Shown here in pieces: positions 48,679 to 59,216 of a DNA stretch of 64,000 nt. The notes under the pieces were generated by a model that did not search any database, was not told the DNA's origin, and saw only the letters and a program-made list of their open reading frames with translations. The DNA lies in the NCBI GenBank assembly GCA_965223845.1, contig CBDCXR010000004.1:7584001-7648000 (forward strand), read 5' to 3'. Made by a program: the position numbers and the translations under genes. The stretch is from Planctomycetota bacterium. GTDB taxonomy: Bacteria > Planctomycetota > UBA8108 > SXIK01. Every line of letters starts with the position of its first letter. Within the stretch, counting starts at the first letter, position 1.

Positions 48679-51600
48679 ATGACTGAACTAGCGAAGACCT
48701 ACGAACCGACCGCCGTCGAGGCCGAGATCCTCGACCGCTGGGCCGAGACATCGGCGTTCGACGCCGATCCGAACGCCGCCGGCGATCCGTTCTGCATCGT
48801 GATTCCGCCGCCGAATGTGACCGCCGCGCTCCACATGGGCCACGCGCTCAACAATACGCTCCAGGACGTCCTCGTCCGCTGGCGTCGCATGGAAGGACGG
48901 AACACCCTCTGGATGCCGGGCACGGACCATGCGGGAATCGCGACGCAAACCGTTGTCGAGAAGCGGGTTCTTCAGGAGGAGGGGCGACGGCGCACCGATT
49001 TCACTCGAGAAGCGTTCGTCGCGAAGATTCAGACCTGGAAGGACGAGTACGAGGCGACGATCACCGAACAGCTCCGGCGCATGGGCTGTTCGTGCGATTG
49101 GCGACGCCAGCGATTCACGATGGACCCCGTCTGCGTCGCTGCCGTGCGCGAGGCGTTCTACCGCCTCTTTCGCGACGGCCTCATCTATCGGGGGAAGCGG
49201 CTCGTCCACTGGGATCCCGTCACGATGACGGCGCTCGCCGACGACGAGGTCGAGATGGAGGAGATCGACGGCTCGTTTTGGTACCTCCGCTACCCTCTCG
49301 AGACGCCGGTCGAGCACGCCGGCGAGACGATCGACTCGGTTGTCGTCGCGACGACGCGTCCGGAGACGATGCTCGGTGATACCGCCGTCGCGGTGAACCC
49401 GCGCGATCCGCGGGCGGCTGCGCTTCGCGGAGCTCGCGTGCGATTGCCGATCGTCGGGCGACTGATTCCCATCGTCGAGGACGAGTACGTCGTTCTTCCC
49501 GACCCCGAGAGCACGGACGAAAAGGCTCGGTTTTCCTCCGGCTTCCTCAAAGTGACTCCCGCCCACGATCCGAACGACTGGGAGATCGGGCAGCGATTCG
49601 ACCTCCCCGTGATCAACGTGATGGCGGAGGACGCATCGATCAGCCGCGATCACGGCTGGCCGGAGGAGGAGTTCGACTCCGGTCGAGCCGCGGACGCCGA
49701 AGCGCTTCTAGGCCTCAGTCGGGAGGACGCGCGCGCCAAAATCGTCGAGTGGTTCGAGCGTGAGGGCCTCCTCGTCGAGGTGAAACCCTACCGCCATTCG
49801 GTGGGGCACAGCTATCGCTCGCACGTGCCGGTCGAGCCGTACCTGAGCGACCAGTGGTACGTGAAGGTGACCGACGAGCGCCTCGCCGGCGCCGCGCTTC
49901 GGGCGATCGCGGAGGACCAGCGCGCGCCGAGTGACGGATGTACCTGGAAGGACGGCTCGAGCTTCGCGTCCGCAGGCGACGCATGGGAGGGCGGCCTGCG
50001 TTTCCACCCGGCCCGCTACGGCAAGGTGTTTCAGGCTTGGCACGAGAATCTCCGCGACTGGTGCATCAGCCGCCAGCTCTGGTGGGGACATCGCATCCCG
50101 GTCTGGAGCGCTCCGGCGGAAACCGAGTTCGACGGCTCACCGTTCGGCGATCGACTCGCTGAGCAGTTGATCGGCGACTCGCGCTACATCTGCGTGCGGA
50201 GTGCGGACGACGCGGCTGCGATCGAGGCCGTCGAGTCGGCCGGTTATTGTCGAGACGAGGATGTCCTCGACACCTGGTTCAGCTCCGGTCTCTGGCCGAC
50301 GAGCACGATGGGCTGGCCGAACCCAGAAGCGTTCCCGAGCGAATTCCCCGAGGGCGCGCGTTTGCTCGAACGCTGGAATCCGGGGAGCGTCCTCTGCACC
50401 GCGCGCGAGATCATCACGCTCTGGGTGTCGCGCATGGTGATGTTCAACATCTACTTTCGCGACTGCCTTCCGTTCTCGGACGTGTTCATCCACGCCATGA
50501 TCCAGGACGGGGAAGGGCAGAAGATGTCGAAGAGCCTCGGCAACGGCGTCGATCCGCTCGACATCATCCACAGCCACGGAGCGGACGCGATGCGGTTCAC
50601 GCTCGCGTCGATGAGCACCGACACGCAAGACGTGCGCATGCCCGTCGACACGGTGTGTCCCCACAGCGGCGAGACGTTCAAACCGAAGATGATGACGAAC
50701 AAGGCGGGGTACCGCGTCGCCGCGCCCGTGCAGGATTCCCCGGGGAAGAAGGGGAAGAAGATGGTCACGTCCTACGGCATCGCCTCCGGCGAAGCGCAGG
50801 CGAGCGACGATCTTCCTCTCGCGCGCAACACGAGTTCGAAATTCGATTTTGGTCGCAACTTCGCGAACAAGATTTGGAACGCGGTTCGCTTCGCGCTCGG
50901 AAACCTCGAGTCGAGCGGCGCGTCGTCCGCCAACGCTGCGACGGACGAGCTCGGACTCGCGGATCGGTGGATTCTGTCGCGACTCGCCGCGGTGATCGAT
51001 GACGCGAGCGGCGCGCTCGGTCGCTACGAGTTCAGTTCGTACGCGCAGCATCTCTACGACTTCGCGTGGCGCGATTTTTGTGACTGGTACATCGAAGCGG
51101 TGAAGCCGACCGTCCGAGAGAACGCGACGCAGCGGAACGTGCTCGCCGTTTCGATCGACGCTCTGCTTCGACTGCTCCATCCGGTGATGCCCTTCATCAC
51201 GGAGCGCCTCTTTGAGCGCTTGAATGGAGTCGTGCCGGAGCGCGGGGTCGCGGGATTGGAGCTCCATTCGAGCGAAGATCTCGTGCGCGCGCGCTGGCCC
51301 GTCGCTGCGGCGGCGCTGCGAAGGGAATCCGACGAGACCGAATTCTCCGCGGTTCGCGACTACGTGACCGCGCTCCGAGAAGTGCGGACGACGCACAAAG
51401 TGCCGCCACGCGAGGCCGTACGGTTTTCCGCGCGCGCTCCCGCCGCCGCCCGCGATCTCCTCGAGAATCATCGCGCTCTCGTTCAGACCCTCGCTGGCGC
51501 GACGGTCTCCGCCATCGGTCCGGACGTCGAGCGACCGGCGAACTCCGCGGCGACGACCGTCGGCGAAGTCGAGCTCTACGTCCACGATCTCGTGGACGCC

Positions 51601-51801
51601 GAAGCCGAGAAGGAGCGACTCGAGCGACGCCTCGCCGACTTGCGGAAGAGCGTTTCGACGCTCGGCGGACGTCTCGCCAATCGGAGCTACGTCGAGAAGG
51701 CGCCTCCTCACCTCGTCGAGCAATCGAAAGAGCAACTCGAGGACGCGAAGAAGGAAGCCGCGCTCGTCGAGCAGCAGCTTGCCGCGATCGGCTCGGAATG
51801 A
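48679..51801 (+). CDS. valS: Valine--tRNA ligase
   Basis: PPPNVT..LHMGH, GTDHAGIATQ, ATTRPETMLGD, DWCISRQLWWGH, DVLDTWFSS, KMSKS and a C-terminal coiled coil. Confidence 0.97.
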   Translation: MTELAKTYEPTAVEAEILDRWAETSAFDADPNAAGDPFCIVIPPPNVTAALHMGHALNNTLQDVLVRWRRMEGRNTLWMPGTDHAGIATQTVVEKRVLQEEGRRRTDFTREAFVAKIQTWKDEYEATITEQLRRMGCSCDWRRQRFTMDPVCVAAVREAFYRLFRDGLIYRGKRLVHWDPVTMTALADDEVEMEEIDGSFWYLRYPLETPVEHAGETIDSVVVATTRPETMLGDTAVAVNPRDPRAAALRGARVRLPIVGRLIPIVEDEYVVLPDPESTDEKARFSSGFLKVTPAHDPNDWEIGQRFDLPVINVMAEDASISRDHGWPEEEFDSGRAADAEALLGLSREDARAKIVEWFEREGLLVEVKPYRHSVGHSYRSHVPVEPYLSDQWYVKVTDERLAGAALRAIAEDQRAPSDGCTWKDGSSFASAGDAWEGGLRFHPARYGKVFQAWHENLRDWCISRQLWWGHRIPVWSAPAETEFDGSPFGDRLAEQLIGDSRYICVRSADDAAAIEAVESAGYCRDEDVLDTWFSSGLWPTSTMGWPNPEAFPSEFPEGARLLERWNPGSVLCTAREIITLWVSRMVMFNIYFRDCLPFSDVFIHAMIQDGEGQKMSKSLGNGVDPLDIIHSHGADAMRFTLASMSTDTQDVRMPVDTVCPHSGETFKPKMMTNKAGYRVAAPVQDSPGKKGKKMVTSYGIASGEAQASDDLPLARNTSSKFDFGRNFANKIWNAVRFALGNLESSGASSANAATDELGLADRWILSRLAAVIDDASGALGRYEFSSYAQHLYDFAWRDFCDWYIEAVKPTVRENATQRNVLAVSIDALLRLLHPVMPFITERLFERLNGVVPERGVAGLELHSSEDLVRARWPVAAAALRRESDETEFSAVRDYVTALREVRTTHKVPPREAVRFSARAPAAARDLLENHRALVQTLAGATVSAIGPDVERPANSAATTVGEVELYVHDLVDAEAEKERLERRLADLRKSVSTLGGRLANRSYVEKAPPHLVEQSKEQLEDAKKEAALVEQQLAAIGSE

Positions 51802-51902
51802 CGAGAGAAGGACTCGTCTCGATCGTGCTCGGGCAGGGCCGGCGTTCCCCGCGCCGCGGGGAGCGGTAGCTCCCGCCTCGCGTTTGTGTGAGAATCGCGA
51901 AC

Positions 51903-53570
51903 ATGAGTTCTCGTTCCCGAAGATTCCCTCTCGCGCTCGGAGGAGCTGCGGCCGCGCTTCTTTCCGCCGTCGCGTTTGCTGACCCGACGCCGCAGCGCCC
52001 GGACATCTCCGTGCGGAAAATTGCGGAGTCCGGAGTCGACCGGTCGCCGGTGCGACTCATTCGCGATCCGCTCAGTGGCGATGTCTTCGCGGTCTACCAG
52101 GCGAGCGGCGTCGTCGCTCGCGTCGAGACCGATCGCGATCCCGTCGTGGTCACGAACGTCTACACGCGGGATGACACCGGCGCGGCCGATCCGCAAGGCG
52201 CTGCATTCGGTCCGGACGGGACGCTCTACATCGTGACGAACGCGCGGGTGTCGCGCACCGTCGTCTCGACGATTCGCCGCGGCGTAGCTCTGAGTCCGGA
52301 TTCCGACGAGCGCGAGTGGTCGACACTCGCCGAAACGGTGAGCTATCCGCGAAGCCGGTACTTCGGCCATCTCTTCAATGGAATCGTCGTGAGCCCGGGC
52401 GGCGAATTTGTCTTCGTGAACAGTGGCTCGCGCACCGATCACGGCGAGGTTCAAGACGCGTTCGGCGACGCACCGGGCCTGAGGGAGATTCCACTCACGT
52501 CGGCGATCTTTCGCCTGCCGGCAGACGGGGAGAACATCGTCCTCGAGAACGATGCGGAGGCGCTCGAGCCGTACCACTACGCCGACGGGCTGCGAAACAG
52601 CTTCGATCTCGCTTTCGACGCGGCGGGACGACTCTTCGCGACGGAGAACTCGTCCGATCGCGACGATCCCGAGGAGCTCAACTGGATTCGACCGGGCCGG
52701 CACTACGGCTTTCCCTGGCGCCTCGGCGGGAACGACAATCCGGCGACGAGCCCCGATTACGATCAGGACGCCGACCCGTTCCTACAGGACGGCTCCTTCG
52801 CAAAGAGCGTCGGTCTCTACGCGCCCGACGCGAGCTTTCCGCCTCCTCCGCCGGGGATTGAGTTCACCGAAGCGATCGCGAACGACGGACCTGATGCCGA
52901 TGTTCTACGCGACGTCGACACCGGTGTCGTTCGGGACGGAACCGATCGGGATGCGGGCGTCGGAACGTTCACTGCGCACCGATCGCCGCTCGGACTCGTG
53001 TTCGATCGCGATAGAGCGCTCGGCGGAGACCTCACCGGCGACGGGCTTTGCCTCTCGTGGACGGGCGGAAGCGACAGCCTCCTCACGGTCATGGGCGACC
53101 CCGGAGAGGATCTTCTTCACCTGGAGATCCGCGAAGAAGGCGGCGCATTGCGCCTTCACGCGACCGCGATCGTCACCGGCTTCGACAACCCGGTCGATGC
53201 GGTACTGGTCGGGAATCGACTCCTCGTCCTCGAGACGTCGGGAGCCGGCGCGATCTGGGAGGTCGAGCTCCCGGCGAGCACGCGAGCCCGCTTTCGCCGC
53301 GGCTACGTCAACGCCGACGAGGCGCTCGACATCTCGGATGGAGTCAAGGTCCTCTTCTATCTCTTCTCGGACGGCGAGGTCACGTGCCTCGATGCCGCGG
53401 ACGTGAACGACGACGGATCGGTCAACATCGCGGATGCCGTGTTCCTCTTCGCGCATCTTTTCGAGCTCGGTCCGGCGCCGGCCTCTCCACACGCGGCGTG
53501 TGGCGTCGATCCCAGCGGCGACGCCGGTGAAGACCTCGGCTGCGAGAGCTTCGATCGCTGTGAGGGCTAG
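51903..53570 (+). CDS. Secreted glucose/sorbosone dehydrogenase-like beta-propeller protein with C-terminal dockerin-like domain
   Basis: Signal peptide (AFA-DP), GLRNSFDLAFD, EELNWI..G.HYGFP and H.SPLG; tail FRRGYVNADEALDISD...CLDAADVNDDGSVNIAD. Confidence 0.82.
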   Translation: MSSRSRRFPLALGGAAAALLSAVAFADPTPQRPDISVRKIAESGVDRSPVRLIRDPLSGDVFAVYQASGVVARVETDRDPVVVTNVYTRDDTGAADPQGAAFGPDGTLYIVTNARVSRTVVSTIRRGVALSPDSDEREWSTLAETVSYPRSRYFGHLFNGIVVSPGGEFVFVNSGSRTDHGEVQDAFGDAPGLREIPLTSAIFRLPADGENIVLENDAEALEPYHYADGLRNSFDLAFDAAGRLFATENSSDRDDPEELNWIRPGRHYGFPWRLGGNDNPATSPDYDQDADPFLQDGSFAKSVGLYAPDASFPPPPPGIEFTEAIANDGPDADVLRDVDTGVVRDGTDRDAGVGTFTAHRSPLGLVFDRDRALGGDLTGDGLCLSWTGGSDSLLTVMGDPGEDLLHLEIREEGGALRLHATAIVTGFDNPVDAVLVGNRLLVLETSGAGAIWEVELPASTRARFRRGYVNADEALDISDGVKVLFYLFSDGEVTCLDAADVNDDGSVNIADAVFLFAHLFELGPAPASPHAACGVDPSGDAGEDLGCESFDRCEG

Positions 53571-53619
53571 GCCGGCGGAGCGAGCCCGGATCCGCTCGCT
53601 CTCGCGTTCGCGCGCGCTC

Positions 53620-54072
53620 TTGGCTTCGTTCTCGACCGCGGTCGTCCTTCAGCTCGCGGCGTGCTCGACTCCCCCGACGATCGCGCGGGAAGCGGGGCCG
53701 GGCGGTGCGATCATTCGCGCAGGCCCGTTTTCCCTCGCCTGGCTGCGCGAGCTCACCTTTGAAGCGACGGTCGTCGAGAATCCGGACGGAAGCGATATCC
53801 CGCCGGACGTCGTCTATGCCCACATCACCGGACGCGAGTTCGACGAGCTCCGTCTCGATCTCGACGGCGATCTCGTCACGTTTCATCGGCCGCTCTTTCA
53901 GGCGAACGTCGTACGGCTGCGCGGAGAGGAGTTCGCTCGCATCGCGGGAGCGGCGATGATCCGGGGAAGCTTCGATCGCGGCTGGGGTGAGTTCACAATC
54001 GGGGTGCGCGATCATGATCTCCTTCGGGAGTACGCTCGGCGCATCGGTCTCGCCGAGCCGCGGACGCCCTAG
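53620..54072 (+). CDS. Hypothetical lipoprotein
   Basis: A possible TTG start gives ...VVLQLAAC (lipobox-like); the ORF fills the gap before the convergent thrC. Confidence 0.5.
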   Translation: MASFSTAVVLQLAACSTPPTIAREAGPGGAIIRAGPFSLAWLRELTFEATVVENPDGSDIPPDVVYAHITGREFDELRLDLDGDLVTFHRPLFQANVVRLRGEEFARIAGAAMIRGSFDRGWGEFTIGVRDHDLLREYARRIGLAEPRTP

Positions 54073-54092
54073 CTCGCCGTTCGGGTCGCGCG

Positions 54093-55286
54093 TCAGGCGA
54101 CGCCGGGGAACGCCTCCGCATATTTGAGCCCGGTCCCCGTATTGAAGAGGACGACCGCCTCGTCGCGCCGGATGGTTTCGTCGCCGAGGAGGCGCCGGAG
54201 CGCCGCGACGAGTGCGCCGCCCTCGGGCGCGGCGAACAGGCCTTCGGCGCCGGCGAGCTCGAGGGTCGCGGCGATGAGATCGTCGTCGCCGACGGAAACC
54301 GCCGCACCGCCGGACGCGCGGATCGTCCGGAGCATCCATCGGTCACCGATCGGAGTCGGGACGCGCAGACCCGACGCGACCGTACGCGGCGCCGTGGGAG
54401 GGACGAGATCGTCGCTCCCCGCAGCGAACGCATCGGCGATCGGGGCACAGTCCTCCGCCTGCACGGCGTAGTAGCGTGGATCGGGCGTCTCCGGCGGGAT
54501 CCACCCGAGCGCGCGCAGCTCGGCGAAGGCTTTCGCCATGCCGACGAGTCCGGTTCCGCCGCCGGTCGGATAGAGAACCGCGCCGGGGAGCCGCCAGCCG
54601 AGCGATTCGGCGAGCTCGTAGCCCATCGTCTTTTTTCCTTCGACGCGGTAGGGCTCCTTGAGGGTCGAGACGTCGAACCAACCCTCGTCCTCGCTGCGCT
54701 CGGCCAGCCACTTGCCGCAATCGGCGATCGTCCCTTCGACGAGTTCGACGCGCGCGCCACAGGCGGCGGCTTCGAGCCGGTTCGCGCTCGGGACGTCGGT
54801 CGGCATCGCGATGACAACCGGAAGTCCGGCCCGCGCGCCGTACGCGGCGAGCGCACCGCCCGCGTTGCCGGCGCTCGGAGCGCAGAGCGCCCGCGCGCCG
54901 AGTGAGCGCGCCATCGAGACGGCGACGGTCATTCCGCGCGCCTTGAACGACCCCGTCGGGTTTTGCCCCTCGTCCTTGATCAAGAGTCGGTCGAGGCCGA
55001 CCGCCGCCGCGATGCGCGGCGCGTCGAGGAGCGGCGTGTCGCCCTCGCCGAGGGTCACCGGTGATTCGTGAGCCGCGAGCGGAAGAAGCTCGCGCCAGCG
55101 CCAGAGCCCGGGCGACGACATGTGACCTCGTCGCGCGGAGATCTCCTCGCGTGAAACGGACGATCCGGCCCGCTTGAGGTCGTAACGGACGACGAGTGGA
55201 CGCCCGCAATCGAGACAAGTCCGGCGGAGTCGATCCGCCGCGACGCGGGTCGAGCACTCGGTGCAGGAAAGATTGCTCACGAACAT
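54093..55286 (-). CDS. thrC: Threonine synthase
   Basis: LWRWRELLP, TLGEGDTPL, KDEGQNPTGSFKARG, SAGNAG, EGKKTMGYE, PTGGG and NTGTGLKY; N-terminal CxxC..CxxC. Confidence 0.9.
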   Translation of the reverse strand: MFVSNLSCTECSTRVAADRLRRTCLDCGRPLVVRYDLKRAGSSVSREEISARRGHMSSPGLWRWRELLPLAAHESPVTLGEGDTPLLDAPRIAAAVGLDRLLIKDEGQNPTGSFKARGMTVAVSMARSLGARALCAPSAGNAGGALAAYGARAGLPVVIAMPTDVPSANRLEAAACGARVELVEGTIADCGKWLAERSEDEGWFDVSTLKEPYRVEGKKTMGYELAESLGWRLPGAVLYPTGGGTGLVGMAKAFAELRALGWIPPETPDPRYYAVQAEDCAPIADAFAAGSDDLVPPTAPRTVASGLRVPTPIGDRWMLRTIRASGGAAVSVGDDDLIAATLELAGAEGLFAAPEGGALVAALRRLLGDETIRRDEAVVLFNTGTGLKYAEAFPGVA

Positions 55287-55433
55287 CGAACGTGGATTCC
55301 AGGGGGTGATCGAAAGGCCGTGAGCTTACTCGATTCCGGTGCATCGGACGAGTGGGCGAATCCGACCTCCCGCGTGCTTCCCGATCACACCGTCGCTATG
55401 ATGCAGAGCGTCCCACGATCGAGAGAGAGCCAG

Positions 55434-57257
55434 ATGAACTCAAGCACTCGCGCAGGTTTCGTTTCCGTCGTGTTCTCCTCGTGGCTCGCGGCTCTGTTGC
55501 CCGCGCCACCGACGATCGTCGCCGAAGACGGCCCGACCGCGCTCGGCGCCACCGTGCCCAGCTTCGCGATCAAGGACATTCGATTCGTCGCGAAGTCGCA
55601 GCGCGACTTCGGCGAGGCGCCGGTAGTGGTCTACGTTTTCATCGATACTCGCTGCCCCGTCGCTCTCAAGTATCTCCCGAAGATCGAAGCGCTGTGGCGA
55701 GAGTATCTCGATCGCGGAGTCGTGTTCGCGGGCGTGAACGCGAGCGAGCGCGACGGGATGGTCGAGGTCGCAGCACAGGCTCTCGAGTACGGGCTCACGT
55801 TTCCCGTCCACAAAGACTTCGATCAATCCGCACGACGGGCCCTCGGAGTCCAGCGGACACCGGAGGTGGCCGTCGTCGATCGAAACGGGAAGCTTCGCTA
55901 CCGCGGCGCCGTCGATGAGCAGTTCAACACGGCCGGTAGTCGTCCTCGCGCCGGCCGCGAGTATCTCCGCGAAGCGATCGACGCGCTGCTCGCGACGAAG
56001 GCGCCGGCGGTCGAGGAGACGCGCGCCGACGGCTGTCTCATCACTCGCGCGCGTTCGGCGGCTCGACCCGGAATCACGTACGCAAGGCACGTCGCTCCGA
56101 TTCTCCAGAAGAACTGCCAGAGCTGTCACCGGCCGGGCCGGGCCGCTCCGTTTTCGCTTCTCGATTACGACGACGCGGCGGCGGTCGCGGACATGATCGC
56201 CGAGGTCGTCGCCGAGGGGAGAATGCCGCCTCGCTTCGCGGATCGGCGCTACGGCGAGTTCGTCGGTCACGAGCGGCTCTCGCGGCGGGACGTCAGCGTG
56301 ATTCGAGCGTGGGCGATCGCCGGCGCTCCGCTCGGTGACGAGAAGGACCTTCCCCCGCCGATCGATTGGCCGAAGAGCGAGTGGGGAATCGATGCGCCGG
56401 ATCTCGTCCTCGAGATCACCGAGGAGTTCGGCGTCCCGGCGACCGGCTACGTCGACTACCACTACGGAAAGCTGCGGAAGGTCGGCGAGACGGTTGAGTA
56501 CCGCGTGCCTCACGATACCTGGGTGAACCAGATCGAAGTCCTGCCGGGGAATCGCCGCGTCGTCCATCACGCGAATCTTCTCCTCGCGCATCCGAAGCTC
56601 GCGGGGGGACGCGAGATCCTCGTCACGGGCTACGTTCCCGGAGGAGACGTGACGCGTTACGGAGAACGCCAGGGGATCCGTCTCCCCGCGGGTGCCACAC
56701 TTCGTCTCCAGCTTCACTACACGACGACGGGCAAGAAAGAGCGCGATCGCACTCGGGTCGGCATCGTCTTCAGCAAGGAACCGGTCGATCGTCAGGTGCG
56801 AACTCTCCATCTCATCAACTCCGAGTTCGAGATCCCTCCCCGCGTGACCGCGCACGAGGTCCGCTGCCGCGGGACGATCGATCGTCCGATCATCGGCAAG
56901 GCTCTCTTCGTCCACATGCATCTCCGCGGCCGCGACATGACGTTCGTCGCGACGTATCCGGACGGCCGGACGGAGACGCTCCTCAGCGTTCCGAACTACA
57001 ATTTCGACTGGCAGATGGCGTACCGCTGGGCGGACGACGCAAAGCGCTTTCCCGCCGGCACGCGATTCGAGACGATCTCGCACTACGACAACTCGAGGTT
57101 CAACCCGTTCAATCCCGACCCGACGCAGACGGTTCGCGAAGGACGGCAGAGTTACCACGAGATGAACTACGGGTTCCTCTTCTACGTCGACGCGGCGGAA
57201 AAACTGGACATCCGCGTCGACCCGAAGTCTGGGCGTCCGCTCGCAGCGGGGGATTGA
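55434..57257 (+). CDS. Secreted redoxin, cytochrome c and copper type II monooxygenase-like fusion protein
   Basis: Signal-like N-terminus; redoxin (CPVA, TPEV, YRGAVD, GC); heme motif CQSCH; PHM-like VVHH, LHY, HMH and EM. Confidence 0.85.
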   Translation: MNSSTRAGFVSVVFSSWLAALLPAPPTIVAEDGPTALGATVPSFAIKDIRFVAKSQRDFGEAPVVVYVFIDTRCPVALKYLPKIEALWREYLDRGVVFAGVNASERDGMVEVAAQALEYGLTFPVHKDFDQSARRALGVQRTPEVAVVDRNGKLRYRGAVDEQFNTAGSRPRAGREYLREAIDALLATKAPAVEETRADGCLITRARSAARPGITYARHVAPILQKNCQSCHRPGRAAPFSLLDYDDAAAVADMIAEVVAEGRMPPRFADRRYGEFVGHERLSRRDVSVIRAWAIAGAPLGDEKDLPPPIDWPKSEWGIDAPDLVLEITEEFGVPATGYVDYHYGKLRKVGETVEYRVPHDTWVNQIEVLPGNRRVVHHANLLLAHPKLAGGREILVTGYVPGGDVTRYGERQGIRLPAGATLRLQLHYTTTGKKERDRTRVGIVFSKEPVDRQVRTLHLINSEFEIPPRVTAHEVRCRGTIDRPIIGKALFVHMHLRGRDMTFVATYPDGRTETLLSVPNYNFDWQMAYRWADDAKRFPAGTRFETISHYDNSRFNPFNPDPTQTVREGRQSYHEMNYGFLFYVDAAEKLDIRVDPKSGRPLAAGD

Positions 57258-57399
57258 CCCCCGCCGCTGACTCGGCTCCCGCTTCGCCGTTGCCCGCCGG
57301 CGGCAACAATCCTCGCCCTCAGCGCGATTCCACTCTCGATCTTCGCGCGGGATTCCGTACCATCTCCCCCTTCATTCCTCTCTGAGACGTTTTCGATTC

Positions 57400-59112
57400 A
57401 TGCAGCCCACGACTCGAGCCGAGCTCGACCGCGCCCTCGGCGTGCTCGCGAAGAACAAAGAACACTGGACGCGATTGAGCGTCTCCGACCGCGTGGGCAT
57501 TCTGCAGCGCATTCGGGAGCGGACGACCGAGTTCGCCGAGGACTGGGTGCGCACGGCCTGCGAGCTGAAGGGGATCGCGCCCGGCGGCTCGACGAGCGGA
57601 GAGGAGTGGATCGGCGGTCCGGCGATGGTGATCCGAAACGCTCGGCTCCTCGAGAAGTCGCTCCGGGAGATCGGCGAACGAGGTCGACCGCATCTCGCGC
57701 GCGGAGCCGTGCGGTCGCGGCCGAGCGGCCAGGTGGTGGCGCGAGTCTTTCCGCACGAGCCGCTCGATCGCGTCGTCTACGCCGGCTTCAGCGCGGATGT
57801 GTGGATGGAGTCTTCACTCGAGGAAAGCGCCCTCGGCGACCGAGTCGCGGCGACCTACCGCGAGACTTCCGGCGGCGGACGCATCTCCCTCGTCCTCGGC
57901 GCCGGGAACGTCTCCTGCATCGGCCCGATGGACGTCCTCTACAAGCTCTTCGTCGAGAACGAAGTCTGCATCCTCAAGATGCATCCCGTGAACGAGTCGA
58001 TCGGACCGTGGATTGAAGAGAGTCTCTCGCCCCTCGTCAATGAGGGGTACCTCCGGGTCGTCTACGGTGGGAAAGAAGTGGGCGAGTACCTCGTCGACCA
58101 CTCCGCCGTCGACGCGATCCACATCACCGGTTCGGCGGAGGTTCACGATTCGATCGTTTGGGGGGCACCGGGAGGCGAGCAGGAGGCGGCAAAGATCGTC
58201 GGGAAACCGCTCCGGCGGAAGGAAGTGACGAGCGAGCTCGGGTGTGTGACGCCGGTCATCGTGACGCCGGGTCGCTGGACCGAGAAGCAGATCTCGTTCC
58301 AGGCCGAGAACGTCGCGTCGATGCTCGCGAACAATGTGTCCTTCAATTGCAACGCGGCGAAAGTGCTGATTACGAGCTCGAAGTGGCCGCTGCGGCGCCG
58401 ATTTCTTCAGCGGCTCGAGAACGTGCTCGCGACGCGACCGACTCGACTCGCGTACTATCCCGGGGCCGAGGCGAAGTACGAGCGCTTCATCGATCGCTAC
58501 CCGCGCGCGCATCAGCTCGGGAGTCGGGAGGACGGACGTCTTCCCTGGGCACTGATCGCCGATCTCTCGCCGCGCGATGGAGATGATCTCGCGTACCGCG
58601 TCGAGGCGTGGTCGCCGATCCTCGTCGAGACTCCGCTCCCCGAGGCGGATGTCGACGATTTCCTCACCGCTGCGGTCGAGCTCGCGAACGATCGACTCTA
58701 CGGAACTCTCAGCGCCTCGCTCATCGTCGACCCCTCCACGCGAAAGCGTCGCGCGGTGTCGATCGACCGCGCGATCGAGAGGCTCCGTTACGGGAGCGTC
58801 GTCGTCAATCACTGGGGCGGACTCGCCTTCGGCCTCACCGTTACGCCTTGGGGCGCGTTCCCGGGACACTCGCTCGACGAGATCGGAAGCGGACGCGGCA
58901 TCGTTCATAATACGGCGCTCTTCGATTGCCCGGAGAAGGCGGTGATCGAAGGGCCGTTCGTCGTCAAGCCGAAGCCCGCGTGGTTCGTGACGCATCAGAA
59001 CGCGGCGGCCGTCGGTCGGCGTCTCGTCGATTTCGAGGCGCGGCCATCGGCGCGAACGCTCTCGCGTCTCACGCGAGCGAGTCTCGGATCTCGACCTCAA
59101 GTCGTCCGTTAG
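57400..59112 (+). CDS. Aldehyde dehydrogenase family protein
   Basis: LGAGN, LKMHP, HITGS, SELG (catalytic Glu) and FNC (catalytic Cys). Confidence 0.85.
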   Translation: MQPTTRAELDRALGVLAKNKEHWTRLSVSDRVGILQRIRERTTEFAEDWVRTACELKGIAPGGSTSGEEWIGGPAMVIRNARLLEKSLREIGERGRPHLARGAVRSRPSGQVVARVFPHEPLDRVVYAGFSADVWMESSLEESALGDRVAATYRETSGGGRISLVLGAGNVSCIGPMDVLYKLFVENEVCILKMHPVNESIGPWIEESLSPLVNEGYLRVVYGGKEVGEYLVDHSAVDAIHITGSAEVHDSIVWGAPGGEQEAAKIVGKPLRRKEVTSELGCVTPVIVTPGRWTEKQISFQAENVASMLANNVSFNCNAAKVLITSSKWPLRRRFLQRLENVLATRPTRLAYYPGAEAKYERFIDRYPRAHQLGSREDGRLPWALIADLSPRDGDDLAYRVEAWSPILVETPLPEADVDDFLTAAVELANDRLYGTLSASLIVDPSTRKRRAVSIDRAIERLRYGSVVVNHWGGLAFGLTVTPWGAFPGHSLDEIGSGRGIVHNTALFDCPEKAVIEGPFVVKPKPAWFVTHQNAAAVGRRLVDFEARPSARTLSRLTRASLGSRPQVVR

Positions 59113-59216
59113 CACGCGAGTTTTCCCCGTCGAGAGATCGCTCCGAGGAAGCGACGGAAGACGAAGACTTGAGCGTCGCGTGCCCTCGGGGTGAGTGAAC
59201 GCTTCGACGGAGGCCG

